Source: Mobula hypostoma
Taxonomy: Eukaryota
Direction: 5' to 3'
Assembly: GCF_963921235.1 (NCBI RefSeq)
Contig: NC_086109.1
Coordinates: 20,710,001 to 20,774,000, forward strand
Length of the DNA stretch: 64,000 bases
Made by a program: the position numbers and the translations under genes
In this document: positions 38,118 to 50,973 of the stretch, piece by piece
How the letters are laid out: every line of letters starts with the position of its first letter
How positions within the stretch are numbered: position 1 is the first letter of the stretch
Notes under the pieces: model-generated
Databases searched by the model: none
Seen by the model: the letters and a program-made list of their open reading frames with translations, nothing else
Told to the model about the DNA's origin: nothing

Positions 38118-39330
38118 TCATAGAATATGGAACGTAGAAATCTACAGCACATTACAGGCCCTTCACTCTACAATGTTGTGCTGACCATGTAACCTAGTCT
38201 AGAGACTGCCTAGAATTTCCCTAGCACATAGCCCTCTATTTTTCTGAGCTCCATGTACCTGTCTAAGAGGTTCTTAAAAGGCCCTATTTTATCCACTTTC
38301 ACCACCGTCGCCGGAAGTGCATTCCACACGCCTCCACACTCCGTGTGAAAAACTTACACCTGACATCCCGTTGGTACCTATTTCCAAGCACCTTAAAACT
38401 GTGCCCCCTTGTGTTAGCCATTTCAGCCCTGGAAAATACCCTCTGGCTAGCTATCCACATGATCAATGCCCCTCATCATCTTATACACCTCTATCAGGTA
38501 ATCTCTCATCCTCCGTCGCTCCAACAAGAAAAGGCCAAGTACACTCAACTTATTCTCATAAGGTACGCCCTCCAATCCAGGCAACATCCTTGTAAATCTC
38601 CTCTGTATTCTCCCTATAGTACCCACATCCTTCCTGTAGTGAGGTGGCCAGAACTAAACACAGTTTTCCCAGTGGGATCTGACCAAGGTCTTATATAGCT
38701 GTAACATTACCTCATGGCTCTTGATCTCAAATCCATGGTTGATGAATGCCAACACACCATACGCCTTCTTAACAACACTGAGTGTTCTATCGACTCGGAC
38801 CCCAAGATCTCACTGATCCTCCACACTGCAAAGAGTCTTACCATTTATATTATATTCTGTCTTCAAATTGGACCTACCAAAATGAGCCACTTCACAGCTA
38901 TCTGGGTTGAACTCCATATGCCACTTCTCAGCCCAGTTCTGCATCCTATCAATATCCCGCTGTAACCTCTGACAATCCTACAGACTATCCACATACCCCC
39001 TTTGTGTCATCAGCAAACTTACTAACTCACCCTTCTACTTCTTCATTCAGGTCATTCATAAAAATCACAAAAAGTAGGGGTCCCAGAACAGATCCTGGCG
39101 GAACACCACTGGTCACTGACCTCCATGCTGAATACGAACCATCTACAACCACCCTTTGCCTTCTGTGGGAAAGCCAATTCTGGATCCACAAAGCAAGGTC
39201 TCCTTGGATCACATGCCTCCTCACTTTCTTAAGGAGCTTTGCATAGGGTACCTTAATCAAATGCCTTACTGAAATCTATATACACTACATCCACTGCTCT
39301 ACCTTCATCAATGTGTTTTGTTACATGCTC
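38118..39330 (-). mobile_element. CR1 LINE 3' fragment nested in the Gypsy element
   Basis: [23 protein letters not shown] motif; CATAGAA-type terminal repeats at the left. Confidence 0.9.
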
Positions 39331-40614
39331 AACCATCCACCAGCAGATCCCACTGCCACCCAGGTATGTCAATGGGGAGCAGGTCTTCACCATGAGTAGG
39401 ACTTTGTATTCGTGAACTGTTCAGGATGTTTGGCGGTTCCTTGGGAATGATTCGGACCCGAGAAAGGGTGCTCGGTTCCTGAAAAGGGAGATGTTGGATC
39501 CGGCTCTCATCCATGACCACCATCACCATCTCTCCGAGCAGCAGGGTCGTCAGGAGTCGGTCGTAGGGGAGGGGGGTGCTGCTATGACACGTACCCAACT
39601 GCGCCAGCTTCTGGGTTTCAGAAGCTCAAACCTTCCTGAATATGGATAGGTGGCACGCCCCCTTTAAAGATTCAGGCCACCCCACTAATTGGCAGCCATG
39701 TTTTGGCGCCAGGATTTAATATTAAAAGAGCACCTGAACTGAGGTTCAGTGCTCAATCGTCAGCTCAATTTTGGATTCTCAGCTAGCGTCTAGTTTGGAA
39801 CCCTCCCTTCGTTTAAGTCGTGCATCATGTCTCGATTCCAGTCTCAGATACTTCAGCAATTGGGTCCTAATCATCCTCGTCTAGGACTCCCGTCACAACA
39901 GCACTGTAATAAAGATAAGGCAATGTTTTTCTGTGATCCGAGATGAAGGAAAAATACTGGCCAGGACATTCTGTAAAAACACATACCCTCCTTTGAAAAA
40001 GAGCCATAGATTCTGCTGTGCTCAGTTGAGAGATGAACATCTTATCTAGAAGATATCATCTCCAAAAATGCAGCATTCTCTTATGTTGAATGGGATTCAA
40101 GTCTTGAAGGCAGATCTGAACCACCCTTCATATGGGGAAGTGTAAGAGCTTCCTAACAAACTAGTGACCAACACTGAAACAAAAATTTACTTTGGACATT
40201 GTGGAAGTAAAAAAAAGAGAGCAAACTTCCTTATTTAAAGTGGAAGAAACCTTACTTAACAGTTGCTTGCAAACTCGCACATATTCTCATACATTCTTTT
40301 AGACTAGGCTTTTAGATGTTACATTTGGCAAGGTTTGTTAGTGTTATTTGAGCTTTGATTATAATTAGGTTTCACAATAAATGAAAAGCAAATCTTCTTG
40401 GTTATTTGCTTTCCACTGATTGCCAAGAGAACTTTGGAATTTATTTAAAATTCCACTTTGAGGCAGGTTTGTGGAGCTGGGTTCCATGAGTGTGTTGGTG
40501 GATATCCGATTTGCACAGTTAGAAAAGGTGCTTTTTGCCGGTATATAATCATATAAAAATGCAGTTCTTTTCTCGGAGTGGAATTTCTGTCACAATTGGA
40601 CAGGTATAGAGTCT

Positions 40615-41145
40615 AGACCATCATAAGAAAAACAACCCACATCGTTGACTTCATCTACAAGGAGCGCTGCCGCAAGAAAGCAACATCCATCATCGAGGAC
40701 TCCCCCCACCCTAACATCCAGGCCATGCTCTCATCTCAATGCTGCCATCGAGAAGGAGGTGGGGTTGCCTCAGGACCCATGTTACCAGGTTTGGGAGCAG
40801 TTATTACCCTTCAACCATCAGGCTCCTGAACCAGCATAGTCAACTTCACTCACCTTGACTCTGAACTGGTTCCACAACCTATGGACTCACTTTCAAAATT
40901 CTACAACTCTTTCTCAGTACTATTTATTTAATAATGTTATTAATATCATTTCTTTTTTTGTATTTGCACATTTTGTCTTCTTTTTCACATTGGTTGCTTG
41001 TCAATCTTTTTTGTGTGCAGTTTGTCATTGATTCTATTATATTTCTTTGTTCTGCTGTGAATGCCCACAAGAAAATGAATCTCAGGATAGTATATGGTGA
41101 CATATAGGTATTTCAATAATAAATATAATTTGAAATGATGAACTT
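40615..41145 (+). mobile_element. Rex/Babar-like LINE 3' fragment
   Basis: Same C-terminus and 3'UTR as the other copies. Confidence 0.75.
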
Positions 41146-41407
41146 TGGTTCTCTTAAAGGGAATTGCTTGAACTCGTGACCCAATACTAAATCACAAAAA
41201 ATGGCATAGAATGAAGGCATTTGCCCTATCTAACCTGAACTGGCTCTTTGAACCATTCCAGTCATCCTATTCCTGCACTACCTGTAGCAGGCATCCCAAA
41301 GCACTGGAAACACGCCACCAACGGTGTATAGTAGATTGCAGCTCACTTTGTAAAATACTGCTTCCTCTCATCACGTCTAATTCTGTTGCTGATCAAGTTT
41401 CCTGTGA

Positions 41408-41850
41408 GCATAGGACCATAAGATACAGGAGCAGAATCAGGCCTCTCGGCCCATTGGTGGCTAATTTTTTAACAACCCTCCTTTCCTGCCTTCTTCTTAT
41501 AACCCGTAACCCCTTTACCAATCAGGAACTTATCAATCATTGTCTTAAATACGCCAAATGACCTGGACTCCACTGACGAATTCCACAGATTTAACGCCCG
41601 CTGGCAGAAGAAACTCTCTCTCTCACCTCGGCCTTAAAAGGATGTCCCTTTTTTCTGAGTAGGTTTCCCAGGATCCTGGGCTCTTCGCTGAATGGAAACA
41701 TCCTCTCTGCATCCGCAGTATCCGGGCTTTTTAGCATTCAACAGGTCCACCCTGATCTTTCTCAACTCTATTGAGTATAGGCCCAGAGCCATGAAACGCC
41801 CTTCATACATTAAGGCAGTACATCTTTCCTCAGATAACGCCCCAAAAATT
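41408..41850 (-). mobile_element. CR1 3' fragment
   Basis: CATAAGATACAGGAGCAGAATCAGGCC terminus; homologous to 19375-19620. Confidence 0.75.
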
Positions 41851-44213
41851 GTTTACCAGGCCTTTGTTGAATTGGTATGTAATCACCCAACATAAACCAA
41901 CACTCAGTGGTCATCAATGCACAAGCCACAACATGGAAGCAACAGATGAAGCTAAGGAGGAACTCTACACCCAGTCTGAATCCCAACAGGACACAAGGTA
42001 ATCCTTAACCAATGGCAGTGATGACGCAAACATTCAGAAGTTGTCATTGGCAAAGTAAAGGTAGGGAAAGCTAGCTCCATCTGAATCCTTTCAAAGATAT
42101 GTTTGTACAAGTTCAAAGTTCAAAGCAAATTTATTATCAAAGTCAATATATGTCTCCATATACAACCCTGGGATTCATTTTCTGTGGGCATACACAGTAT
42201 AACTAAGAAACACCATACAATCAATGGAAGACCGTGCCCTACTGGATGGACAAACAGCCAATGTGCAAAAGAGAAGAAACAGTGCAAATATAAAAGAAGA
42301 AAGAAATAAATAAGCAATAAATATCAAAGACGTGAGTTGAAGACTCTTTGAATGTTAGTCCATAGTTTATGATTGGTTCAGTATATGGTGGAACAGTTTA
42401 GTATTGGGGTGAGTGAAGTTAAGTGAAGTTATAATCTCTGATTGAAGAGCCTGAAAGTTGGGGAATAATGACTGTTCCTGAACCTGGTGTTGTGGGTCCT
42501 GAGGCTTCTGTACCTTCTTCCCAATGCCGGCAGTGAGAAGAGAGCAAGGCCAAGATGGTGGGAGTCCCTGGTGGTGGATGCTCTCTTCCTGCGACAGTAC
42601 TCCGTGTAGATGTGCTCAATGGGGGGGGAGGGCTTTACCTGTAACGAACTGGGTTGTATCCACTACCTTTTGTAGGATTTCCCTTTTAAGGATATAGGTG
42701 TTTCCATACCAGGCTATGATACAGCCAGTCATTACACTCTCCAGCACACAAATATAGAAGTTTATCAAAGTTTTAGATATCATGCTGAATCTTTACAGAC
42801 TTCTAAGGAAGTAAAGGTGCTGCTGCACTTTCTTCATAATGGCTGGGACCAGGATCGATCCTCTGAAATGATAACATTGGGGAATTTAAAGTTGCTGACC
42901 CTCTCTGTTTTGTTTTTTAATCCTAAACAAAAAAAATAATTGAAAGGAAAACAAGGGTGCCAGGAATGTAACTCTAACTTTAGTGACATGGTGGCTTGGT
43001 GTACTTTTACATATAACCTGTAATGAATTATGTAAACAACAGGAATGCATCTCAGCTAATATATTACTGTATATAATACAACCACTGTAAAGACATACTC
43101 GGCATAGTACATTTTAAATTGTTTCATTCAAGCCAAATGATTTAATCGCCGTGGAGGATTTCTTGCTCCTGTGGAATAATGTCTTTCCTGATAAGGAGTA
43201 TTACTCTGCTTAGCAGGTGAGACTTCTGGCTGTGAAACAATCTCAGGTTCTGGGGCTTCCTCCATGGTGGTTGTAGGAGTTAACAGTGGTTCTGACTGCA
43301 GGAAGTGGTTCTGACAGCTCTGGGTACATTTCTGCTGGATGTGTTGGCATCTGAACAGTGCATGGCAAGCAAGCTTCACTGGGCGATGTGGATTATAATG
43401 TGTGAGTACAGTGTCTCACATCACAATTTCCTTTACCTTTTGGAAAGTCACCTCACACTGCTTTGGCCATTGCCATTTCTCCCTGATCTGTAGTAATGAG
43501 TTCAAGGGGTGGAGCACAGTAGTCAGATTTGGCAGGAACCTGTTATGGCAGTTGAAGAAACATGAAAAGGACCACAACTTTAACATGTCCTTTGGCCTTG
43601 GGGCATCCACCATAGCATCACACTTGTTACATCGTGCTCTGAGCCCATAATCTTCCAATCTTTTTAACACTACCTTGAGATTTTGGAAATGTTCTTTGTC
43701 ATCCTTACCGTTAATAACGATGTCATCCAGGTAACACACTGAGTACCTGGGTAGCTTTGCAGCACCTAATTCATAGCTTTCTGCCAGAGTGCAAAAATAT
43801 TATTACAGTGATAAAGCCCTTTGTGAGTGTTTATCAGGAGAAATACTTTGGACTGTTCTTCCATTTCCATCTGTTGGTAGGCCTCGGCTAAGTCCACTTT
43901 GATGAAGTTTTTTCCTCCTGAAAGATTTGCAAAAATATCCTTTATCCTGGGCAGAGGGTATTAATCAACTTTCAGTGTTGGGTTAATGGTGACTTTAAAA
44001 TCACCACAGATCCTAATAGACCCATTCTTCTTGGTTACTGGGACCACTAGCATTGCCCATGAGCTCCACTCAACCTTGGAAAGAGTTCCTTCAGCCCCCA
44101 TGCAATCCAGCTCACTGGTTACTTTATCACAGATAGTATAAGGAACCAGATGGGCTTTGCAAAACCTGGGTGTGGCATTTTCATTTAACACTATTTTACC
44201 CTTAATATGTTTG

Positions 44214-44844
44214 CAGACATCCCACCCTGCAAAAACTCATTTCAGGGAGGTAGCACCATCAATTTGCGGGAGACTCCCGGAACTTCCGGAAGAGGTGGGA
44301 TGTCTGCAATAGAGTAGCTCCTTAGCAGCTAGCCAGCTAGTTTAAATAACATTAGCTATGCTAATGAACGAATGACACCTGTTAAACTCACCTCAACATG
44401 TCTTTTACAGTCTTAACCCACCATGGGCAATAGAAAAGTCACTGTTGCAAACAGTGCAGCGAGCAACACTGTCATTATTGTTGACCCCTATTAGGCAGTG
44501 CCTCACTTTAGTGTAGTCTGGGGTGACATACGTTTTTTTTTGGAACACTTTACCATGGCATGCGCCATTGCACTCTCTCTCTCTCTCGTGATCACTCGTG
44601 CGCTCTCGCGCGCTCTCGCTTGCTTTCTCTCTCGCTCTCTCGCTCGCGCGCTTGCCTGCTCTCGCTCTCTCTCACGCGTGCTCTCTCTCTCCTGGCTGCT
44701 CTCGCGCTCTCTCTTGCTTTCTCTCGTTTGCTCGCTCTCAAAAAAAGTTGATTTCCGTGAAATTGTATATAATTTGCGGGCATCAGGGAGCCACTATTCA
44801 TATGCGGGAGACTCCCACAACTTCCGGGAGAGGTGGGATGTCTG
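44214..44844. mobile_element. Non-autonomous DNA transposon (MITE) with a 6-bp TSD and an internal CT/CG microsatellite
   Basis: Perfect 13-bp TIR CAGACATCCCACC / GGTGGGATGTCTG; TSD TGTTTG at 44208-44213 and 44845-44850; inserted in Gypsy pol. Confidence 0.85.
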
Positions 44845-45270
44845 TGTTTGAGTTTTCCAATGTCATCCTTAAACACTGCTGTGGCATCATCAGGTACCTT
44901 TCTTAATTTGCATTCAGTGGACCCTTTTGAAAGGAATATGGCATGCAAATTGTGGATGGTTTTCCAAACAAGTTGTAGTTATTTCAGCCACTCATGGCCC
45001 CACAATAACGGCTCTCCTGTTTTTAAAACGTACAAGATCAATGTGGCTTGTTGGTTGTTGTATTTCACTGGTATAAATGTCATTCCCAGAGGAGTTATCT
45101 TTTCCCTAGTATAAGTTCTTAGTTGGATATCTGCAGGCTTCAGTTCAGTGTCTTTGAAATGCTATTCAAACTCATTTTGTGGAACAACTAAAACAGCTGA
45201 ACCAGTGTCCTATTCCATTTTAATTAATTTGCCCGTTCATTTCTGCTGCAAGCCATATCGCTTATCTCCT

Positions 45271-45465
45271 CACAAACAAGAGAAAATTTGCAGATGCTGG
45301 AAATCTAAGCAACACACACAAAATGGTAGAGGAACTCAGCAAGCCAGACAGCATCTATGGAAAAGAGTACAGTCGACACTTTGGACTGAGACCCTTCAAC
45401 ATCGACTGTGCTCTTTTCCATAGATGCTGCCTGGCCTGCTGAGCTCCTCCAGTATTTTGCATGTG
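45271..45465. mobile_element. Short foldback Penelope-derived insertion
   Basis: Two inverted terminal segments joined inside the hammerhead motif; 13-bp TSD TCGCTTATCTCCT (45258-45270) / TCGCTTGTCCCCT (45466-45478). Confidence 0.82.
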
Positions 45466-45915
45466 TCGCTTGTCCCCTGTAACTTTTCACATTGTAAATT
45501 TTAAGGCTACCCAATCCTGTGTCACTCTTATCATTGTCAGATTTTTCATCAACAGCAGCAAATCAGTGCTCTTTTTGAAATTGCAACTTGACTTTTTATC
45601 TTTTTCTCTTTCCTGTACAGTTCATTTATTTTCTCTGCCAACGTGCTCTTTACATGTGTCCTACTTCGTGGCATTTTCTGCAAGTTTCACCTTTAAACGT
45701 GGCTTGGTCTGGTGTGTGTGAGCCCCTGTCACAACAGTAACACAATTTGATTAGCCAGTCCGGTTTCTGTTTGGGTGTTGAAATTTTGTTCATCTTCACT
45801 TTCATTCCTGACTGCAACTCAATGGTATCTCTGTCTGCTGTTTCCATTGACATAGCTCTTTTAAATGTAAGTTGTATTTCAGTTAGGAGCAGTTTTTGAA
45901 AGCCTTCTTGTAAGA

Positions 45916-47008
45916 TTGCACAAACTAAATGATCTGGACAGCAGAACTGTATACATCAGGATACCCTTTATCAACTACATCTCAGCATTCAATACCATCA
46001 TCCCCTTAAAACTAATCAATAAGCTCCAAGACCTTGGCCTCAGCACCTCCTTGTGCAATGGATCCTGGATTTACTCACTTGCAGATCCCTGTCAGTTTGG
46101 ATTGGCAACAACATCACCTCCATTGTCTCCATCAGCACAGGTGCACAGGCTGTGTGCTTAGTCCCCTGCTCTACTCACTTTGCACTTACGACTGTGTGGT
46201 TAGGCACAGCTCCAATGCCATTTTCAAGTTTTCTGATGACATCACTGTCATGGGTCAAATCAAAGATGGTGATGAATCAACATAAAGGAGGGAAATTGAA
46301 AATCTCGTTGGGTGGTGCCACAACAACAACCTTTCACTCAATGGCAGCAAGACCAAGGAACTGATTATAGAATTCAGGAGAGGGAAATCAGAGATCCATC
46401 AGCCAGTCTTCACCAGGCGACCAGAGATGGAGAGGGTCAGAAACTTTAAATTCAACAGTGTTATTATTCCAGAGGATCTGTCCTGGGCCCAGCGCACAAG
46501 TGCATTTATGAAAGAAGCGTGACAGCGCCTCTACTTCCATAGGAGTTTGTGGAGATTCAGCATGACATCTAAAGCTTTGATAAACTTAGATAGATGTGTA
46601 GTGGAGAGTATAATGACTGGCTGCATCACAGCCAGGTATGGAAACATCAACGCCTTTGGATAGAAAATGCTACAAAAGGTAAGTGACATGGCCCAGTCCA
46701 TCAAAGGCAAAGCCCTCCCATTCATTGAACACATCTACATGAACCACTATCACAGGAAAGCCGCATCCATCGTCAGAGACCACCACCAGCTAGGACATGC
46801 TCTCTCTTCACTGCTGCCATCAGGAAGAAGATACAAGAGCCTCAGGACTCACAGCACCAGGTTCTGGAACAGTTACTACCCCTCAACCATCAGGGTCTTG
46901 GACCAACGGGGATAACTTCACTCGCCCCATCATTGAAATGTTCCTACAACCAATAGACTCACTTTAAAGGTCTCTTCATCTCATGCTCTCGATATTTATT
47001 ACTAAATA
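45916..47008 (+). mobile_element. Rex/Babar-like LINE fragment nested in the Gypsy gag
   Basis: Motifs FINYISAFNTIIPLKL, CVLSPLLYSL and KAASIVRDHHQLGHAL. Confidence 0.85.
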
Positions 47009-50000
47009 GTCTTACAGTGCTCAGACAATCTCTTCACTTCAGCCACATATGCTGAAATGGACTCCCCTTCCTTTTGATTCTGCTTATGAAACCTAAAGGG
47101 TTTTGCAATCAACAATAGCTTCGGCTCTAAATGTTCCTGCATTATATCATAATATTACCAAAGCTCATTTCAGCTGGTTTGGTTGAAGCAGTTAACTGTC
47201 TAAGCAAACTGTATGCCTTTAAACCCAACACATTCAACAAACTGGCACCCGCTTCTCATTGGCTATTCCACTTCCTTTAAAACACTGTACAATTCTCTCA
47301 GTATACAAAATCCATCAGCAAAGCTCATTTCGGCTGGTTTAGTTGGATCCGTTAGATGTCTAAGCATACCGTATGCCTTTAAAACCAATGCATTCAGCAA
47401 AACTGGTACCTGCTTCTCATTGGCTGTTCCACTTGCTTGTAAAACACTGCTCAATTCTCTCAGTTTACAAATTCCAGTTGTCTGTTGCACAATTGAATGC
47501 ATCAATTTTTTGCTGTAGCCAGCCATTTCTGCTTTTTAAAAATTATTATTATTATCAGCCAGTATTTAATGTTTATGAAACCATTTGTGAATTTGTTTTA
47601 TTTCTGCTTTTTTTTAAAAAACCTGACCGTCTTCCCTGCTGAAGAACTTGTGCTGTGCTGCTGTTTTTTTAATTCAAACATCCTGCTGTGCTTTTCATAA
47701 AGTCTAACATTTCGCTGTGCTTTAATCGGTAGGTAGTCCTCTTGGGCTCAATTAAAACTTCCCCATAGCCATTGTTATATTTTGTAACTCCAAAATACAA
47801 AAACTAATTGGAAAGAAAACAAAGGAGCCAGGAATGCAACTTTTTTTTTACTTTAAGCAAGTTGCGCATGTATGACATAGCATCATGACAGAAGAAATTT
47901 ATGTACTTTTACATAAAACCAGAAGTGCATTATGTAAACAACAAAGAATGCTTCATCAAACAATATATTTACAATATTACTGAAATATTACATACAAAAC
48001 ATTCTCCACCTCTGACCCCCCCTCCCCCAATGGGGACTGGCTGATGGATCTCTGGTTTCCTCCTGCTGAAGTCAATAATCAGCTCACTCCTATATACTGA
48101 CTCGTCACCATCTTTGAGCTTTGGAGACGTGTTTAGCCCCACAGTCAGTCATAACAGTAAAGCAGGTAGAGCAGGGGGCTAAGCACGCAGCCTTGTGGTG
48201 CACCTATGCTGATGGAGATTGTGGAGGAGATGTTATTGCCAATCAGAAATGACTGGGGTCTGCAAGTGAAGAAATTGAGGATCCAGTTGCACAAGGAGGT
48301 ATTGAGCCCAAGGTCTTGAAGCTTGTTGATTAGTTTAGAGGGGATGACATTATTAAATACTGAGGAGTAGTTGATAAAGAGATTCCTGATGTAGGCATCT
48401 TTGCAGTCCAAAGGTTCCAGGGGTGAGCAGGGAGCCAATGAAATGGCATCTGCCATGGACTTGTTGCTCTGGTGAGAAAACTGGAAAGGATCCAAATTGT
48501 TTCTTAGGCAGGAGTTGATATGCTTCATCACCAAACTTTCACAACACTTCATCACAGTGGATGTAACTGCTACTGGACAAAAATCTAAGGAGGTTACCAC
48601 ATTCTTCTTAGGCATCAGTATAATTGAAAGTTTGCTTGAAGCAGGTGGGGACCTCAGACTGCCAAAGCATGATGTTAAAGATATTGGTGGACACTCTAGC
48701 CAGCGAATCAGTGCTGGTCTTTAGTACTTGGCCAGGTTCCGCATCTCGGCCAGATGCTTTCTGTGGGTTCACCCTCCTGAAGGATGCTCTCACATTGGCA
48801 TCAGAGACTGAAATCACTGGGTCATTAGTGGCTGTGGGAGCTTGTGAATGCTCTTTCAAGTTTTAGTGATCAATGCAAACATAAAAGGCATTGAGCTCAT
48901 CTGGGAGTTGAAGCCTTGTTGCCTGGTTTCACTTTGGGAGCAGTAATAGCATTCAGGCCCTGCTTCAGCTGCTGAACATCCTTCAGTGTTTCATGTTTGG
49001 TCCAGAATTGCCACTTTGCCCGTGTGATGGCTTTCTGGAGATCATACCTGGACCTTATTGTCATCAAGCCTGAATGCCACTGATTTGGCCCTTAGCACAT
49101 TGTATGTCTCATCCATGGCTCTGGTTGGGGAAGATGCTGAATGATTTTGTGGGGACACACTCCTCTATAACTGATTTTATAAAATCCTTGAGGACCATGA
49201 TGTATTCATTCAGATCCTCTGATGAGTACCTGAAAATGGCCCAGTTCACTGACTCTAAGCAATCCCATAGCCGCTTCTCTGCCTCCCACAACCACCTCTT
49301 TGTTGTCCTTACCTTTGGAACTTTGCTCTTTAGCCTCTGCCTGTATGCAGGTAGAAGGACAAATCATCTTTACTTAAGTCAAACACTATTTGCAAGAACT
49401 TTTCAGGAGGAGGGCTTGGTGAGACTCACAACGAACACTTTGTTTAGTCAAAGAAATAAGGTGTCCACACCTTATGAAATGAGGGTGTCAACACCCTCAA
49501 TCCAATTGGTAGCCTATCCTTTGAGGGAAGAAAGTGGTCCCCTGCACAGGTGATGACAGTGCTGACAACTGCTGCCTAATCCATTCTGCCATCTCCATCA
49601 ACCTGAATTTCTCAGCAGCCACAGGAATAGAAAGACTCTCACAAGAAAATCAATGTTGAAGGACCCTGCAAAGAAAACTTTACATCACAGCATGATGCCT
49701 TCCAGCCAACACAGCCATGGAGTACCCACAATGCCCACATAGTATGGTTAGACCCTGTGAACATTCTCTTGGCTTCTCTATCAATAACACCCAAGACTAG
49801 TTTAAGGTGACCCGGTGGAAAATTAATTGTAACTGCAAGGCATTCTTGAATTGGAAGCATCATCATGTGTCAAGGGAGAAAGATCGACACACTTCTGAAG
49901 GCCAAAGTCCACCAGAAAGCCTGCACCCTAAATACAATGGGTGAGTGGAAAAAGCACATTCTTCAGTTGTTAAATGATAAAAGATGCAAAACGGCAAAGA

Positions 50001-50973
50001 CCTATTTCACTAAGAGCCAAAAACATAGGAGAGATAACGAAGGATAGAAGTCAGTCAGTCTCCACTGAAGGAAGCAATCAAGGGTATTGACCTGAAATGT
50101 TGACCATCCAGTTCCTCCACAGATACTGCCCAACCCACTATTATTTTTCCAGATTTTATGTGTTGCTCCATATATCCAGTATGTGCAGTCTCCTGAGTCC
50201 CATTTCAAAGATCTCCTCAAATAAAACTATCTCTTTAACACTAGTATCCTCAACATATTCCATAGCATGTTATCTGCTGCAACTGCTCTCAGACGTTTGA
50301 TGCAATCTCAGTCTTCCACATGATGACGTGTGGATCATGATCTTAATCAAAAGGTTTATCTTGGAACCAGTCCGACGCAGGCAGGGGTCAAGCAAAGTTG
50401 TGGCATCGCACCCGCTCTTTTCTCAATCTTCCTCATATTAATACTGCAGTTTTCAACAAGCTCCCAGCTGGAGTGGAATTAATCCACAGGAGCAAGAAGC
50501 TGTTCAAGTTTTGCCATGTCCACTCATGCTCACAACAGCATTGAGTGGCAATGTTCCACAAGTGCGCATTTAAAAACCAAACTCCAAGTCATTAGTAACT
50601 CATTCACTGGTGCTTGAAAGTTGAGCTCCATAATAAAGTTCTGGAAGACTTCATACTAGTAACTTGTCCCTGACCATCAATATCTATGATGAGGACATAG
50701 AAAATATGCTCTTTTTCCATAATCAGGAATCCAGACATATATCACCAAAATTCATCACTGTTTCCAATGCACTGACAGTGGCTTCATTTGAGTGTTCAAA
50801 GGCTCTATTCCAGCAGTATGCACATGGTCTACTGAATAATGAAGATCTCTCACCCTCCTGCATGTGAAGGAGACATGGAAAACTTGTGGTGGACACTGCA
50901 AAGTAATTGGAGAAGAATCATTCAGGTTGACTCTACGAAATCCTCCAAATCCATTATTAGCAGGATAAATAAA

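Larger units (their letters stand above)
32329..39897 (+). mobile_element. Full-length but decayed Ty3/Gypsy LTR retrotransposon (Sushi-like), with nested Penelope and CR1 insertions
   Basis: TG...CA LTRs at 32329-32650 and 39580-39897; 5-bp TSD ACAGC on both sides; PPT AGGGGAGGGGGG at 39565-39576. Coding remnants: gag (ADYAIEFWTLA), zinc knuckle (YCGEAGH..GCP, about 33460), protease (LDSGAAGNF, about 33655), RT, RNase H (DTSDVRVGAVL) and integrase (HPG...YWWP...C..C; ISMDFVTGLP). Confidence 0.93.
42906..48001 (-). mobile_element. Second decayed Ty3/Gypsy LTR element (integrase largely deleted) with three nested insertions
   Basis: LTRs at about 42906-43080 and 47773-48001 (TG...CA); TSD CTCTC/TTCTC; PBS-like TGGCTATGGGG. 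Coding remnants: double zinc knuckle (45650-45745), protease DTGSAV, RT ICGDFKVTINP and YLDDIVI. Confidence 0.85.
42108..49350 (-). mobile_element. Rex/Babar-like LINE split in two (42108-42905 and 48002-49350) by a Gypsy insertion
   Basis: (AAGTTC)n terminus at 42109; RT remnant at 48145-48615 (PVAVTSTVMKC..GAPQGCVLSPLLY); the LINE reads continuously across the Gypsy junctions (GCTGACCCTCTC / CACCTCTGA). Confidence 0.85.
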
